64,000 nt of DNA from an uncultured Actinomycetes bacterium (GCA_963706025.1 CAVPLM010000014.1:92391-156390); one strand, 5' to 3'; positions 1-10,861 are shown, counted from the stretch's first letter. Numbers and translations: made by a program. The notes: generated by a model from the sequence alone, not told the origin.

Positions 1-1
1 T

Positions 2-484
2 TGGGGCCTCCGAGTGTCGTGGCTGCGCCTTGCGCTTCTGGGGCTCGCGTTGGTGTCTGCAGGAGTCGTCTTTGTGTTCCTGAAGAAGACGCGGGTGGGG
101 ACCGCGGTGAGGGCTGCCAGCGAGGACCTGGAGGCGACGAAGCTCCAGGGGATCAATTCCCTCTGGGTATGCGCGATCAGCTTCGCCATCGGGATCGGGC
201 TGGCGGGTGTGGCCGGTGTCGGCTTGGCCACGGTCTACTCTTTCGACTACCAGTTCGGATTCGTCTTCTCTATCAAGGCCCTGGTCGCCCTCGCTCTCGG
301 AGGCATCGGCAACGTGTTTGGCGCTCTGGCAGGGGGCATTCTTCTGGGGATCATCGAGAACCTCGCTGCCTACTACGTGGGCATTGGATGGATCGAGATT
401 GTCTCGTATGGGGTGTTCATGCTGGTGCTCATCTTCCTGCCCCAGGGCTTGTTCGGCAGGCGGGGGCTGGTCAAGAAAGTCTGA
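2..484 (+). CDS. Branched-chain amino acid ABC transporter permease (LivH-like), 5'-partial
   Basis: KTRVGTAVRAASED...LQGIN and ALGGIGNVFGALAGG motifs; C-terminal FLPQGLFG. Confidence 0.9.
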   Translation, partial: WGLRVSWLRLALLGLALVSAGVVFVFLKKTRVGTAVRAASEDLEATKLQGINSLWVCAISFAIGIGLAGVAGVGLATVYSFDYQFGFVFSIKALVALALGGIGNVFGALAGGILLGIIENLAAYYVGIGWIEIVSYGVFMLVLIFLPQGLFGRRGLVKKV

Positions 485-520
485 TTTGCGGTGAAAACCG
501 GGAAGAGCGATGGCGGTCAT

Positions 521-1534
521 ATGAGTCTACGCGCAGTCTCCGGCGCGTTTGGCAGACGGAAGCTGATCTGGGCGGGCCTCGCGGCCGTGGCGGTCGTGTT
601 CTTCGCGACCCTGCCTCTCTTCTACGACGTCCACAACGGGCAGTTCGGCGTCTTCTTGTTCCTGGTGTTCATATACGGCATCGTCGCCCAGGGGTGGAAC
701 CTGGTAGGCGGGTACACGGGGCAGATCAGTCTCGGCCAGAATGCCTTCTTCGGCCTTGGAGCCTTTACCATGGCGCTACTGTGGTTCTGGGACGTTACCA
801 AGACCAGCTACTACTTCGATCCCCTCCTCCTGTTCCTGAGCGGAGTGACACCTGCAATCCTCGCGGTCCTGGTCGGAACGCCCCTCTTGTCCCGCCTAAG
901 GGGCGACTACTTCGCCTTCGGCACCCTTGGAATGGGGATGATCGTCACCGTGCTGTTCCTCAATGGGGGGGACTTCACCGGTGGGGCCGAGGGCAAGCTT
1001 CTGATCAAGAAGATGCCTGAAGGCGTGGTCTTCAACCTGCGCACTCACTACTGGGTGGCTTTGCTGGTAGCCGTTCTGGCGACTCTGGTGGTGTACATCC
1101 TGACTACTTCCAGGGTTGGGCTTGCCTTGAGGGCCATCCGGGAAGACGAGGTCTCAGCCGCGTCGCACGGGGTCCATGTCCTCAAGTACAAGGTCCTCGC
1201 GTTTGCGGTGGCGGCGGCCATGGCCGGGGTGGCCGGCGGCATATACGGCTACTATCTCCTTCAGGTAACGCCCTCCAACGTTTTCACTCAGAACTGGCTG
1301 TTCTACCCTATTCTGATGGTCGTGCTCGGGGGGACTGGAACGCTCATGGGTCCGTGGATAGGTTCGTTCTTGATCTATGCCATGGCCTGGTACGCAGACC
1401 TGTACGCCCCGGGCTACCACCCGATATTCTCAGGGGTGATCATCATACTGGTGATGTTGTTCCTACCGGGCGGTATCATGGGGCTTGCCGAGAAGAGACC
1501 CGGTCGGCGGAGCAGAGGCTCGGCCGCCCCGTAG
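521..1534 (+). CDS. Branched-chain amino acid ABC transporter permease (LivM-like)
   Basis: GWNLVGGYTGQISLGQNAFFGLG, RLRGDYFA and SRVGLALRAIREDE motifs. Confidence 0.92.
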   Translation: MSLRAVSGAFGRRKLIWAGLAAVAVVFFATLPLFYDVHNGQFGVFLFLVFIYGIVAQGWNLVGGYTGQISLGQNAFFGLGAFTMALLWFWDVTKTSYYFDPLLLFLSGVTPAILAVLVGTPLLSRLRGDYFAFGTLGMGMIVTVLFLNGGDFTGGAEGKLLIKKMPEGVVFNLRTHYWVALLVAVLATLVVYILTTSRVGLALRAIREDEVSAASHGVHVLKYKVLAFAVAAAMAGVAGGIYGYYLLQVTPSNVFTQNWLFYPILMVVLGGTGTLMGPWIGSFLIYAMAWYADLYAPGYHPIFSGVIIILVMLFLPGGIMGLAEKRPGRRSRGSAAP

Positions 1535-1652
1535 CGCGCGCGGATCTGCAGTCACGGTCCATAGCCGCCACTGTGGCTCCGGTACCTCTGTGACATCGCG
1601 AAAAGACTCCCGTCCCCGGCTCTACACGTCAGACGCCGGACCTGTCCGGTTG

Positions 1653-1697
1653 CGGGGCGCGGCCGGGCGCGGGGCGGCTGGGCGCGGGGCGTGGCCG
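1653..1697. repeat. Three imperfect 15-bp G-rich tandem repeats
   Basis: CGGGGCGCGGCCGGG / CGCGGGGCGGCTGGG / CGCGGGGCGTGGCCG in the intergenic region. Confidence 0.6.
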
Positions 1698-1754
1698 CTT
1701 CACATTTCCGTCACAGGGGGTGCACGTGCGCAGAGGAGCTAAGGGGGTACTCGC

Positions 1755-2766
1755 GTGAAGGCGGCCGTTCAGAAGGCCATCCACGTGGTGGAGGTCGAAG
1801 AGGTTCCCGAGCCTGTCACCAAGCCGGATCAGATCAAGGTCAAGATCGCCTATGCCGGGATCTGCGGCACCGACATGGAGATCCTGGAGGGGTCTTTCGG
1901 ACTCGTCAAGGTCCCCACCTTTCCCAAGATCGAGGGACACGAGGCGTCGGGAACCATCGTCGAAGTGGGATCGGCGACCAAGCTCGGCTACGAAGTGGGG
2001 CAGCGAGTGGCCATGGTCCCGGTGGCGCCCTGTGGAGCCTGCTACTTCTGCAGGAGCGGGATGGAGGCGTACTGCACTCATTTCACCGAGTATTCGGGAG
2101 CCTTCGCCGAGTACGGCTACTACGCGGAGGGCCAGGTCTTTCCCATCGCCGACGACGTGAGCTTCGAGGTTGGCACCATGCTCGAACCCCTCTCTATCGC
2201 CATGCGGGCGAACCACCTGGGCCAGGTGGGCCCGGGCAAGTCGGTGGCCATCTTGGGAGCCGGCCCCATAGGCATGCTCAACCTGATCGTCGCGGTCCAC
2301 AGCGGAGCCGCGGTCACCATGGTGAGCGAGCCCTTCGGCTACAAGAGGGACTTCGCCCGGCGGCTGGGCGCGACGGCGACCGTGGATCCCAAGAACGAGG
2401 ACATCCTCGAAGTCACCAAGAGTCTCACGAACGGCCTCGGCTTCGACGCGGTGATCGACTGCACAGGCAAGCTCGCCGGAGCGGAACAGGCCGTGAAGCT
2501 GGCCGGTCCGGGGGCGCATGTGGTCTGGGCGGCGGTGTATCCCGTGGGGGGGACGGTGCTGGTCGAACCGTGGGCCGTCTTCGAGAAAGACCTCAGCATC
2601 CACGGCGTCTTCCAATCGCCGTACTTCCTGTGGCGAGCGAACAAGATGCTCTCGGTGCTGGATCTCGAGTCCTCTGGTATCACACGTGTACGCGCTCGAC
2701 GACATCAACCAGGCCTTCGCCGATCAGCGCGCGGGCAAAGTCATGAAGGCGTTGGTCAGGCCCTGA
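1755..2766 (+). CDS. Zn-dependent medium-chain alcohol/polyol dehydrogenase (frameshift near 2680)
   Basis: GICGTD, GHE, CGACYFC...C and GAGPIG; C-terminus SHVYALDDINQAF...KALVRP lies in another frame. Confidence 0.9.
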
Positions 2767-2799
2767 CCTGCGCTCACCACTAAACAGGAGGGTCTTCTT

Positions 2800-3261
2800 A
2801 TGTCCGCGCAAGAACCGACGTACCACGGCACCCGGCTCCACCACGTAGGGGTGGTGGTGAAGGACATCGACAAAGCTATAGCTCACCTGGAAGCCCTTGG
2901 CTTCGGCCCCTTCAAGTTCGATGACGAGCACAAGGTGTTCGCCATCAACTTCAAGGGGGAGCTTCACGGCAGGCCGGCCGAGTGGACCACCAAGATCAGC
3001 AACGCCCTCATGGGCGACGTGGAGCTCGAGCTCCTCGAGCCGTATGAGGGCGACCAGGCTCTCAAGGAAACGCTCGACGCCCAGGGCGAAGGTCTCCACC
3101 ACATCGGCTGGTTGACCACCGACCTTCAGGGAGACATCGAGCGGGCGACGGCTCGGGGGGCCAAGGTGTGGACGAGCTCCTTCCCCGTGGGGCAGCCCGG
3201 CTTCTGCTACTTCGAGAATAGCGAGATCGGCAACCTCGCCATCGAGCTAAGGGAGCCGTAG
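2800..3261 (+). CDS. VOC/glyoxalase family protein (methylmalonyl-CoA epimerase-like)
   Basis: LHHVGVVV, ELELLEP, GEGLHHIG and terminal IELRE metal-ligand motifs; RBS AGGAGG. Confidence 0.85.
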   Translation: MSAQEPTYHGTRLHHVGVVVKDIDKAIAHLEALGFGPFKFDDEHKVFAINFKGELHGRPAEWTTKISNALMGDVELELLEPYEGDQALKETLDAQGEGLHHIGWLTTDLQGDIERATARGAKVWTSSFPVGQPGFCYFENSEIGNLAIELREP

Positions 3262-3264
3262 GCC

Positions 3265-4284
3265 ATGAAAGCTGCACTCACGTACGGGCCCTTCGACACT
3301 CGGGTAGAGGAGGTCCCCGAACCGACTCCCGGCCCGGGCGAGATCAAGGTCAAGATCGCCTACTGCGGCATCTGCGGCACCGACCCCGAGATCTACGACG
3401 GGAGCTTCGGTCTCCTCAAGGCTCCCTGGTGGCCCAAGCCTCCGTTCACGACGGGACACGAAGCCTCCGGCGTAATCGCCGAGCTGGGCCCCGGGCTGCT
3501 CGAGGGATACCAGGTCGGCCGGCGGGTGGCCATGAACTTCCGCACCTATTGCGGAAAGTGCTACTACTGTCGCTCCATGAGGGAGCAGTACTGCGAGCAC
3601 GTCACCTCGTACGAAGCGGGCTTCTCCGAATACGCCCTCTACGGGGAGGGCGCCATCTATCCTCTCCCCGACGACGTGAGCCTCGAGCGGGGGGCCATGC
3701 TGGAGCCGGTGACGATCGCCCTGCACGCGGTGGATCAGGGCAACATCAGTCCGGGGAAAACGGTGGCCATTTGCGGAGGCGGAACGATCGGCCTGCTGGT
3801 GCAGCAGATCGCCATTCGAGCCGGGGCGACTCGGGTACTGGTCTCGGATCCCATGCCCGAGAAGCGGGCGATGGCCATGAGATTGGGGGCGGACTGGACG
3901 GTCGACCCGCTCGCCGAGGACCTCGTGGCCGTCGGCCGTGAGCTCACCGGGGGGCGTGGTTTCGACACCGTGTTCGAGGCCAGCGGCAAGCTGTCCGCGG
4001 CCCAGCAGTCCATGGGGCTGGCCGACAAATGCGGCACGATCGTGTGGGTGGGCGTGTATCCGGAGGAAGCCGAACTATCGGTCAATCCCTACACAATGTT
4101 CGCGAGCGAGCTGACCGTACGCTCGAGCATGCTGGCTCCTTATGTCTTCCCGCGCGGCCTCAAGCTCCTGTCCAAGTTGGATCTCGAACCGATGATCACC
4201 GAGATCGTTCCCCTCGAGGACATCGCTCGGGCTCTGGCCGGCCGCAAGACCAGCAACGCCGTCAAGATCCTCGTCAAGCCGTAG
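3265..4284 (+). CDS. Zn-dependent medium-chain alcohol/polyol dehydrogenase, paralog of 1755-2766
   Basis: GICGTD, GHE, CGKCYYC...C and GGGTIG. Confidence 0.92.
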   Translation: MKAALTYGPFDTRVEEVPEPTPGPGEIKVKIAYCGICGTDPEIYDGSFGLLKAPWWPKPPFTTGHEASGVIAELGPGLLEGYQVGRRVAMNFRTYCGKCYYCRSMREQYCEHVTSYEAGFSEYALYGEGAIYPLPDDVSLERGAMLEPVTIALHAVDQGNISPGKTVAICGGGTIGLLVQQIAIRAGATRVLVSDPMPEKRAMAMRLGADWTVDPLAEDLVAVGRELTGGRGFDTVFEASGKLSAAQQSMGLADKCGTIVWVGVYPEEAELSVNPYTMFASELTVRSSMLAPYVFPRGLKLLSKLDLEPMITEIVPLEDIARALAGRKTSNAVKILVKP

Positions 4285-4323
4285 GACTTCATTCCGAAAC
4301 GAACAACCGGGGAGGTCGCCTAA

Positions 4324-4527
4324 ATGAGTGAAAAGATCAACTGCGGCAAGTGCGACATGCTGCTCTACTTCGGGGAGGAGATCAAGCGCCGTCTCTACAT
4401 GCGGGCCATCCCCGACGAGGCGGCGGTATTGGCCGCCTACAACAATGCCTGTCCCCGCTGCGGCAACCCGCTTTCGGAGGATTCCGTGAAGGTCCAGATC
4501 AAAAGGCGGCGCACCCATGGCTCATAA
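4324..4527 (+). CDS. Small zinc-ribbon protein (67 aa)
   Basis: CGKC...CPRC; RBS GGAGG; overlaps the transketolase start. Confidence 0.7.
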   Translation: MSEKINCGKCDMLLYFGEEIKRRLYMRAIPDEAAVLAAYNNACPRCGNPLSEDSVKVQIKRRRTHGS

Positions 4528-5419
4528 CGACGCGCTCATTCTGGAGCTGGAGGCCAGGACGAAGAAGATGACCGACCACTGCCTGACCCAGTTCTGCACC
4601 TTCAGCCAGGGTCACGTGGGCGGGACCATGTCGGTCATGGAGATCATCACCGCTCTCTATTTCCACCACATCAAGTTCGATCCCAAGGATCCCGACTGGC
4701 CCGAGCGCGATCGGGTGATCATGTCCAAGGCGCACTGCTGCGAGGCCATCTACGCGGCTCTGGTCGAGCTGGGGATGTATCCGGAGGAGACGCTCGGCAC
4801 GTACTACTGCTACGGATCGCCCTTCCAGGGGCACGCCGATCGCTGGTGCACTCCCGGTATCGACTTCTCCGGCGGGTCGCTGGGCCAGGGCCTGTCCTTC
4901 GCGGCCGGCCTCGCCCTGGCCGAGAAGCTCAAGATGAAGTTCAACCCGCCCTCGCGGGAGGACACCTTCCTGCCTCGCTACATCGTCCGCTACAACCCGC
5001 GCTTCCGCACCTATTGCATCATGGGCGACGGCGAGATGCACGAGGGCCAGGTGTGGGAAGCGGCCATGTTCGCTACCAAGTTCAAGCTCGACAACCTGAT
5101 CGGCATCGTCGACTACAACAAGTGGTCGCTGGACGGCCCGACCAACGACATCATGCCCATCGAGCCGCTGGTCGACAAATGGCGGGCCTTCGGCTGGACG
5201 GTCTACGAGATCGACGGGCACGACCTACGCCAGATCCTCGATTCCCTGGACCTGGTGGCCAAGCAGTACGGCGACAACAAACCCAAAGTCATCATCGCCC
5301 ACACCGTCAAGGGGCGAGGGGTCTCCAACTGGGAGGAGCTCCACATGCACCTCGGCCGGGGCGAAGAGATGATGAAGGGTGTCCGGGAAGGGAGAGCCAA
5401 ATATGGCGACATGGAATAG
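4517..5419 (+). CDS. Transketolase-family N-terminal (ThDP-binding) subunit
   Basis: GHVGG, RDRVIMSKAH, GSLGQGLS, GDGEMHEGQVWEA...N and IIAHTVKG. Confidence 0.92.
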   Translation: MAHNDALILELEARTKKMTDHCLTQFCTFSQGHVGGTMSVMEIITALYFHHIKFDPKDPDWPERDRVIMSKAHCCEAIYAALVELGMYPEETLGTYYCYGSPFQGHADRWCTPGIDFSGGSLGQGLSFAAGLALAEKLKMKFNPPSREDTFLPRYIVRYNPRFRTYCIMGDGEMHEGQVWEAAMFATKFKLDNLIGIVDYNKWSLDGPTNDIMPIEPLVDKWRAFGWTVYEIDGHDLRQILDSLDLVAKQYGDNKPKVIIAHTVKGRGVSNWEELHMHLGRGEEMMKGVREGRAKYGDME

Positions 5420-6395
5420 GTATGTGGAGATCGGCGAACCCGTCATGACGGGCAAGGGGATCGGCACAGCCATCAAGGCCGCCTTCCTCAAGGACCCCCG
5501 CGCTCTCGCCATCTTGGAGGATATGCAGTTCCCGGAGATCGAGTGGTTCACCGACAATATGTTCGAGCGCATGATCGAGTGCGGCATCGCCGAACAGAAC
5601 GGGGCCTGCGTGGCGGCTGCTCTGGCCTCCGAAGGCTTCGTCCCCGTCATCAACAACTTCCTCTTTGCCAGCATGAGCCGGGCGTACAACCAGATCCGCC
5701 AGAGCATCCTGGTGGACCGGTTCAACGTGAAGTTCATCTCGAGAGAGGGGGTGTGGGGAGAGGTAGGCGTCTCTCACGCCACCATCGAGGGCATTGGCAG
5801 CCTGCGCGTCCTCCCGAACCTGGTGATCATGAACCCGGCCGACGTGGTGGAGGCCCAGAAGGCGACCGAGGCCATGATGCAGTACATCGGACCGGCGATG
5901 ATCAAGCAGGAGATGAGCCCCAACCCCTTCAAGATCTTCACAGATGATTACCCCTTCGATATCGGCAAGGCCTACTCGCTGCGGGACGGCAAGGACGCCA
6001 CCATCATAGCCACCGGCTACATGGTGACCGAAGCCATCAAAGCGGTCGATCTGCTGGAAAAAGAAGGGCTCGACGTGGGGGTCCTCAACGTCTCCACCCT
6101 CAAGCCGATCGACGAGGAAGCGATAGTCGCGGCGGCCGCCCGCACCGGGGCGATCGTCACCGCCGAGAACTCGAGCGACATCAACGGCTTGGGCGACGCG
6201 GTGGCCTGCGTCCTTTCGGAGAACCTACCGACGCCGCTCGTCAAGGTGGGTGTGGAGGACGAGTTCGGGCAGTCGGGGCTCGTCACCCCCGAGAAGGACG
6301 AACTCATGGAGCACTTCGGCTTGAGCGCCGAAGACCTGGTCGTTTCGGTGAAGGAGTGCATCGAGAAGAAGGAGAGGCTGCGCAAGGGGGCCTGA
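5403..6395 (+). CDS. Transketolase-family C-terminal subunit
   Basis: ECGIAEQN, RAYNQIR, TLKPID and VGVEDEFGQSG. Confidence 0.92.
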   Translation: MATWNRYVEIGEPVMTGKGIGTAIKAAFLKDPRALAILEDMQFPEIEWFTDNMFERMIECGIAEQNGACVAAALASEGFVPVINNFLFASMSRAYNQIRQSILVDRFNVKFISREGVWGEVGVSHATIEGIGSLRVLPNLVIMNPADVVEAQKATEAMMQYIGPAMIKQEMSPNPFKIFTDDYPFDIGKAYSLRDGKDATIIATGYMVTEAIKAVDLLEKEGLDVGVLNVSTLKPIDEEAIVAAAARTGAIVTAENSSDINGLGDAVACVLSENLPTPLVKVGVEDEFGQSGLVTPEKDELMEHFGLSAEDLVVSVKECIEKKERLRKGA

Positions 6396-6487
6396 GGCCC
6401 GGTGTGAGCCCGGGCAGTGGAGCGACATAAGTTGGTGACCAGTAACCAACGAACACACGACCAACGGGCGCTTTGGACTAGGGAGGC

Positions 6488-7246
6488 ATGATGAAAGTCA
6501 AGAAGATCGTCGATCTGAGCCAGCCGTTCGGGCACAACACTCCCCTGTGGCCTTACTTCCCGGACATCAAGATCGAGCGGTTCCACTATCACGCCAAGTC
6601 GGGCGTGTTCACCCAATGGCTCTGGCACCCCATGCACATCAGCACGCATGCCGACTCCCCGATCCACGTGATCGCGGGCGAGTGGTCGACCGAGCAGATC
6701 CCGCTCGACTATTACTTCGGCACGGGTGTGGTGGTCGACGTGGGTCCCAAAGGCAGGTGGGAGTTCATCACCGCCGAGGATCTCGAGAAGGCCACGCCCA
6801 AGATCGAAAAGGGCGACATCGTCATCATCCACACCCACATGCACGCCCAGTTCAGCGACAGCAAGGACTATTTCGCCCGTTCGCCGGGTCTGGTGCCCAG
6901 CGCAGCCCGCTGGCTGGTGGAGAAGGGCGTCAAGGCCGTGGGCGTGGATCAGCAGGCACTCGACCACCCGCTGGCCACGGCCATCGGCTACCACGGCCCC
7001 GGCCCGCTGCTTCCCGATGTGGTGGCGGAGTACGAGGCCGAGACCGGCCGCTCCGCCAAAGAAGACTTCCCCGACTGGGAGCCGTGTCACAACATTCTCC
7101 TGGGCAACCACGTGATGGGCTTCGAGAACGTGGGTGGCGACATCGACGAAGTACTGGGCCAGCGCGTCATCATCGCCGGCTTCCCCATCCGCTGGGTGGG
7201 AGGGGATGGCTCGATGGTCAGGCTGGTCGCGATCATCGAGGAGTGA
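6488..7246 (+). CDS. Cyclase family (kynurenine formamidase-like) metal hydrolase
   Basis: IVDLSQP, HISTHADSPIH (HxxTHxDxPxH), GFEN and GDGSMVRLVA. Confidence 0.88.
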   Translation: MMKVKKIVDLSQPFGHNTPLWPYFPDIKIERFHYHAKSGVFTQWLWHPMHISTHADSPIHVIAGEWSTEQIPLDYYFGTGVVVDVGPKGRWEFITAEDLEKATPKIEKGDIVIIHTHMHAQFSDSKDYFARSPGLVPSAARWLVEKGVKAVGVDQQALDHPLATAIGYHGPGPLLPDVVAEYEAETGRSAKEDFPDWEPCHNILLGNHVMGFENVGGDIDEVLGQRVIIAGFPIRWVGGDGSMVRLVAIIEE

Positions 7247-7389
7247 TCCGGCGATCGTGAGGGCCATCGCTTCTACCGGGGCTGCCGCGGTCACAAAGAC
7301 CCGACCGGTTATCCTGTAAGCTGAGGGTGAGTCGCCCCTTCGGCGAGGGGCGGCGGCGCCGCAAGTCCGACAAAGGGGGACGTCATTCT

Positions 7390-10005
7390 ATGGGATCAGT
7401 AGCCAGATACACCAACGGGACGACCGGCGGGCCGGTGTTCGTGGATGTGAAGGACGGCAAGATCCTCCGCATCACGCCCCTCGAGTTCGACGAGACCGAT
7501 GCCGCCTCGTGGACCATCCAGGCCAGGGGACGCAGCTTCACGCCGCCTCGCAAGGCCACGGTATCGCCCTGGACGGCCGCGCATCGCTCCACCATCTACT
7601 CGCCCAAGCGCCTCCTCACCCCGCTAAAACGGGTGGACTTCGATCCCAAAGGCGCCCGCAACATCCAGAACCGGGGGACGTCCGGGTACGAACCCATCAG
7701 CTGGGACGAAGCCCTCGATACCGTGGCCGAAGAGATGATCCGGATCCATCGCGAGCTGGGCCCGGCCGCCGTCCTCTCCACCCCTGGATCGCACCACCTG
7801 TGGGGCAACGTGGGCTATCGCCACAGCGCGTATTTCCGCTTCATGAACCTGGTCGGCTTCACCTACGGGGAGCACAATCCCGACAGCTGGGAAGGCTGGC
7901 ACTGGGGCGCCATGCACATGTGGGGCAACAGCTTCCGTCTGGGCATCAACGAGCAGTACGGACTACTCGAGGACGCGCTCAAGCACACCGAGCTGATCAT
8001 CTACTGGTCTTCCGACCCTGAATCGAGCTGCAACGGGGTCTACGCGGGCCACGAGGGCAATATCCGCCGCAGGTGGTTGAAAGAGCTGGGCGTCAAGATG
8101 ATCGTCATCGACCCCTATCTCAATCACACCCAGGCCCTCCTGGGCGACAAGTGGTTCTCGCCCCGCCTGGGCACCGACGTAGCCATGGGCCTGGCCATAG
8201 CCTTCACCTGGCTGACCGAGGGGACCTACGACAAGGAATATATCGCCGGTCGCACCACCGGCTTCGACGAGTGGAGGGACTACGTCCTCGGCAAGACCGA
8301 CGGCGTTCCCAAGACGCCGGAGTGGGCTGAGGCCGAGAGCGGCATCCCCGCCCGCGAGATCCGGGCGCTGGCCCGGGAGTGGGCCGCGAAAAAGACCATG
8401 CTCGCGGCCGGCGGCCCGGGCGGCATGGGCGGCGCCTGCCGGGCCTCGTGGGGCAACGAGTGGGCCCGGACCATGGTGGCCCTCGCGGCCATGCAAGGGC
8501 TGGGCAAGCCGGGCAGCAACATCTGGGGCACCACCAGCGGTGCGCCCGTCGACTGTAGCTTCATGTTCCCCGGCTACGCCGAAGGCGGCATCTCCGGCGA
8601 CACCAACAACTCCGCCGCCGGCTTCCGCTTCGTGAACCGCATGTTCCCCAACGGCGGCGGCCATCAGCAATCCCCAGCACACCACCGAGGGCCAGACCAT
8701 CCCGCGTCTCAACATCCCCGAAGCCATGCGCCACGAGAACGTCAAGTGGCGGGGCAAGGGCTTCTGCGGCTCGCACATCGAGAGCCAGTTCCAGAGGTAC
8801 GAGTATCCGGCTCAGGGCTATCCCCACGTGGGCATGTACTACCGCTACGGGGGCTCGTTCTTCGGCACCATGACCGAGACCAACCGCTACGTCACCGCCT
8901 ATACGCGAGGGGAAGGTGCCCTTCGTCGTCAGCCAGAGCCATCTGGTTCGAGGGCGAGACCAAGTTCGCCGACATCATCCTGCCGGCCTGCACCAACTTC
9001 GAGCGCTGGGACATCAGCGAGTACGCCAACTGCTCCGGCTACATCGCCGATTCGTATCAGTTCTGCAATCACCGGGTGATCGTGTTCCAGCAGAAATGCA
9101 TCGAGCCGCTGGGCGAATCGAAGTCCGACTACGAGATCTTCGCCGAGCTGGCCAAACGGATGGACGTCTACGGCCCCTACAGCATGGGCGGCAAGACCGA
9201 CCTCGACTGGGTCAAGGACTACTATCACGCCACCGACATGCCCACGGTCATGAGCTGGGAGGAGTTCGCCAAGAAGGGCTACTACGTGGTGCCGGCTCCG
9301 GAGGAGAAGAGAGCGAAGCCGGGCCTGCGCTGGTTCGCGGAGGGCCGAGCCAAGGACACTCCCGACTGGGGCCCCGCTCCGTGGGACCAGATCAAGGGCG
9401 AGGGCCTTCAGACCCAGAGCGGCAAGATCGAGTTCGTCTCCTCCAGCCTCAAGCGGCTGGAAGCCACCGGCACCGTCGACCCCGAGCGGCCGGTCATGGG
9501 ACCGCAGTACATCGAGAGCTGGGAGGGCCACCACACCGCCGAGCTCGTACGGCAAGTACCCGCTGCAGATGGTGTCTCCCCATCCGAAGTTCAGCTTCCA
9601 CACCATGGGCGACGCCAAGGACAGCTGGATGAACGAGGTCAAGGACAACCGGGTCCTCAAGGACGACGGCAACTACTACTGGATCATGCGGGTGAACAGC
9701 AAGGGACGCGGCCGCGCGCGGCATCGCCGACGGCGACCTCATCCGGGCGTTCAACGACCGGGGCTCGGTCATCCTGGCCGCGCAGGTCACCGAGCGGGTA
9801 CCGCCGGGGACGGTCCATTCCTACGAGTCCTGTGGCGACTACCAGGCGCTCGGCGAGCCGGGCCACTCTCCCGACATCTCAGGTTGCGTGAACATCCTCA
9901 CGCCCAAGCGCTACATCACACCCACGTCGACCGCCATGGCCAACAACTCGTGTCTCATCCAGATCGAGAAATGGGACGGCACGATCGAAGGAAGGGGTGG
10001 CCTGA
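7390..10005 (+). CDS. athL: Mo-bisPGD enzyme, pyrogallol:phloroglucinol transhydroxylase large subunit-like (several frameshifts)
   Basis: Long stretches match recalled Pelobacter AthL: TGGPVFV.VKDGKI, SHHLWGNVGYRHS, HNPDSWEGWHWG, FPGYAEGGISGD, NCSGYI, SPHPKFSFHTMGD and IEKWDG. Confidence 0.88.
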
Positions 10006-10861
10006 TGAGCGACCTGCGCCAAGAAGTGGAACATGGTCATCGACGTCGACCGATGCATGGACTGCAACGACTGCTTCCTGGCCGACAAGGACGAGTTCAC
10101 CGGGAACGACTTCCCACCGTATTCGGTCGCCCAGCCCTGGAGCGGTCACCGCTGGATGAACATCATGCGGACGGAGCGGGGCCAGTATCCGCTGGTCCAG
10201 GTGGCCTACCGGCCCACGCCCTGCCTTCACTGCGACGACGCGCCCTGCATCAAAGACTCGCCGGCCGGGACCGTCTACAAGCGCGACGACGGCCTGGTGA
10301 TCATCGACCCGGTGAAGGCCGAAGGGCCATCCCGAGATCGTCAAGACCTGTCCCTACGACGTCATCTTCTGGAACGAAGAGGCCCAGGTGGCGCAGAAGT
10401 GCACCGGCTGCGCCCACCTCATGGACGAGGGCTGGAAGGAGACCCGCTGCTCGCAGGTCTGCCCGGCGGAAGCCATCAAGCTGGTGCTGGCCGACGACGC
10501 CGAGATGGCCGCGTTGGTGGCCGCCGAGGGGCTGGAGGTCCTGAGGCCCGGAGCTGGGGGCCAAGCCGCGGGTCTACTACAAGAACCTGTACCTGTTCGA
10601 CAAGGCGTTCATCGCCGGCAACGTGGTCTTCGGCGACACCGACGAGTGCGCGCGAAGGCGCCAAGGCGACCGTGACGCCGGCGGCGGGCAGCAGGTGGGG
10701 CGAGGCGACGGCCAGCAACTACGGCGACTTCTACGTGGACAGCTGGAGCCGGGTGGGGAGTACACGGTGACCGTGGAGGCGCCGGGCTATACCCCGGTAA
10801 CACAGACCATCAAGCTCGAGCAGAGCTTAATATAGGGACGGTGGTGCTGGCCAGGGGCTAG
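10005..10861 (+). CDS. bthL: Transhydroxylase FeS small subunit-like (frameshifted)
   Basis: MVIDVDRCMDCNDC, PTPCLHCDDAPC, AQKCTGCAHL, KPRVYYKNL and a C-terminal beta-sandwich; TGATG overlap with the large subunit. Confidence 0.85.

Noticed and set aside
7247-7389. Possible Moco/Wco riboswitch upstream of athL
   Set aside because: Only a generic GC hairpin is visible; no recognisable conserved motif without an Rfam scan
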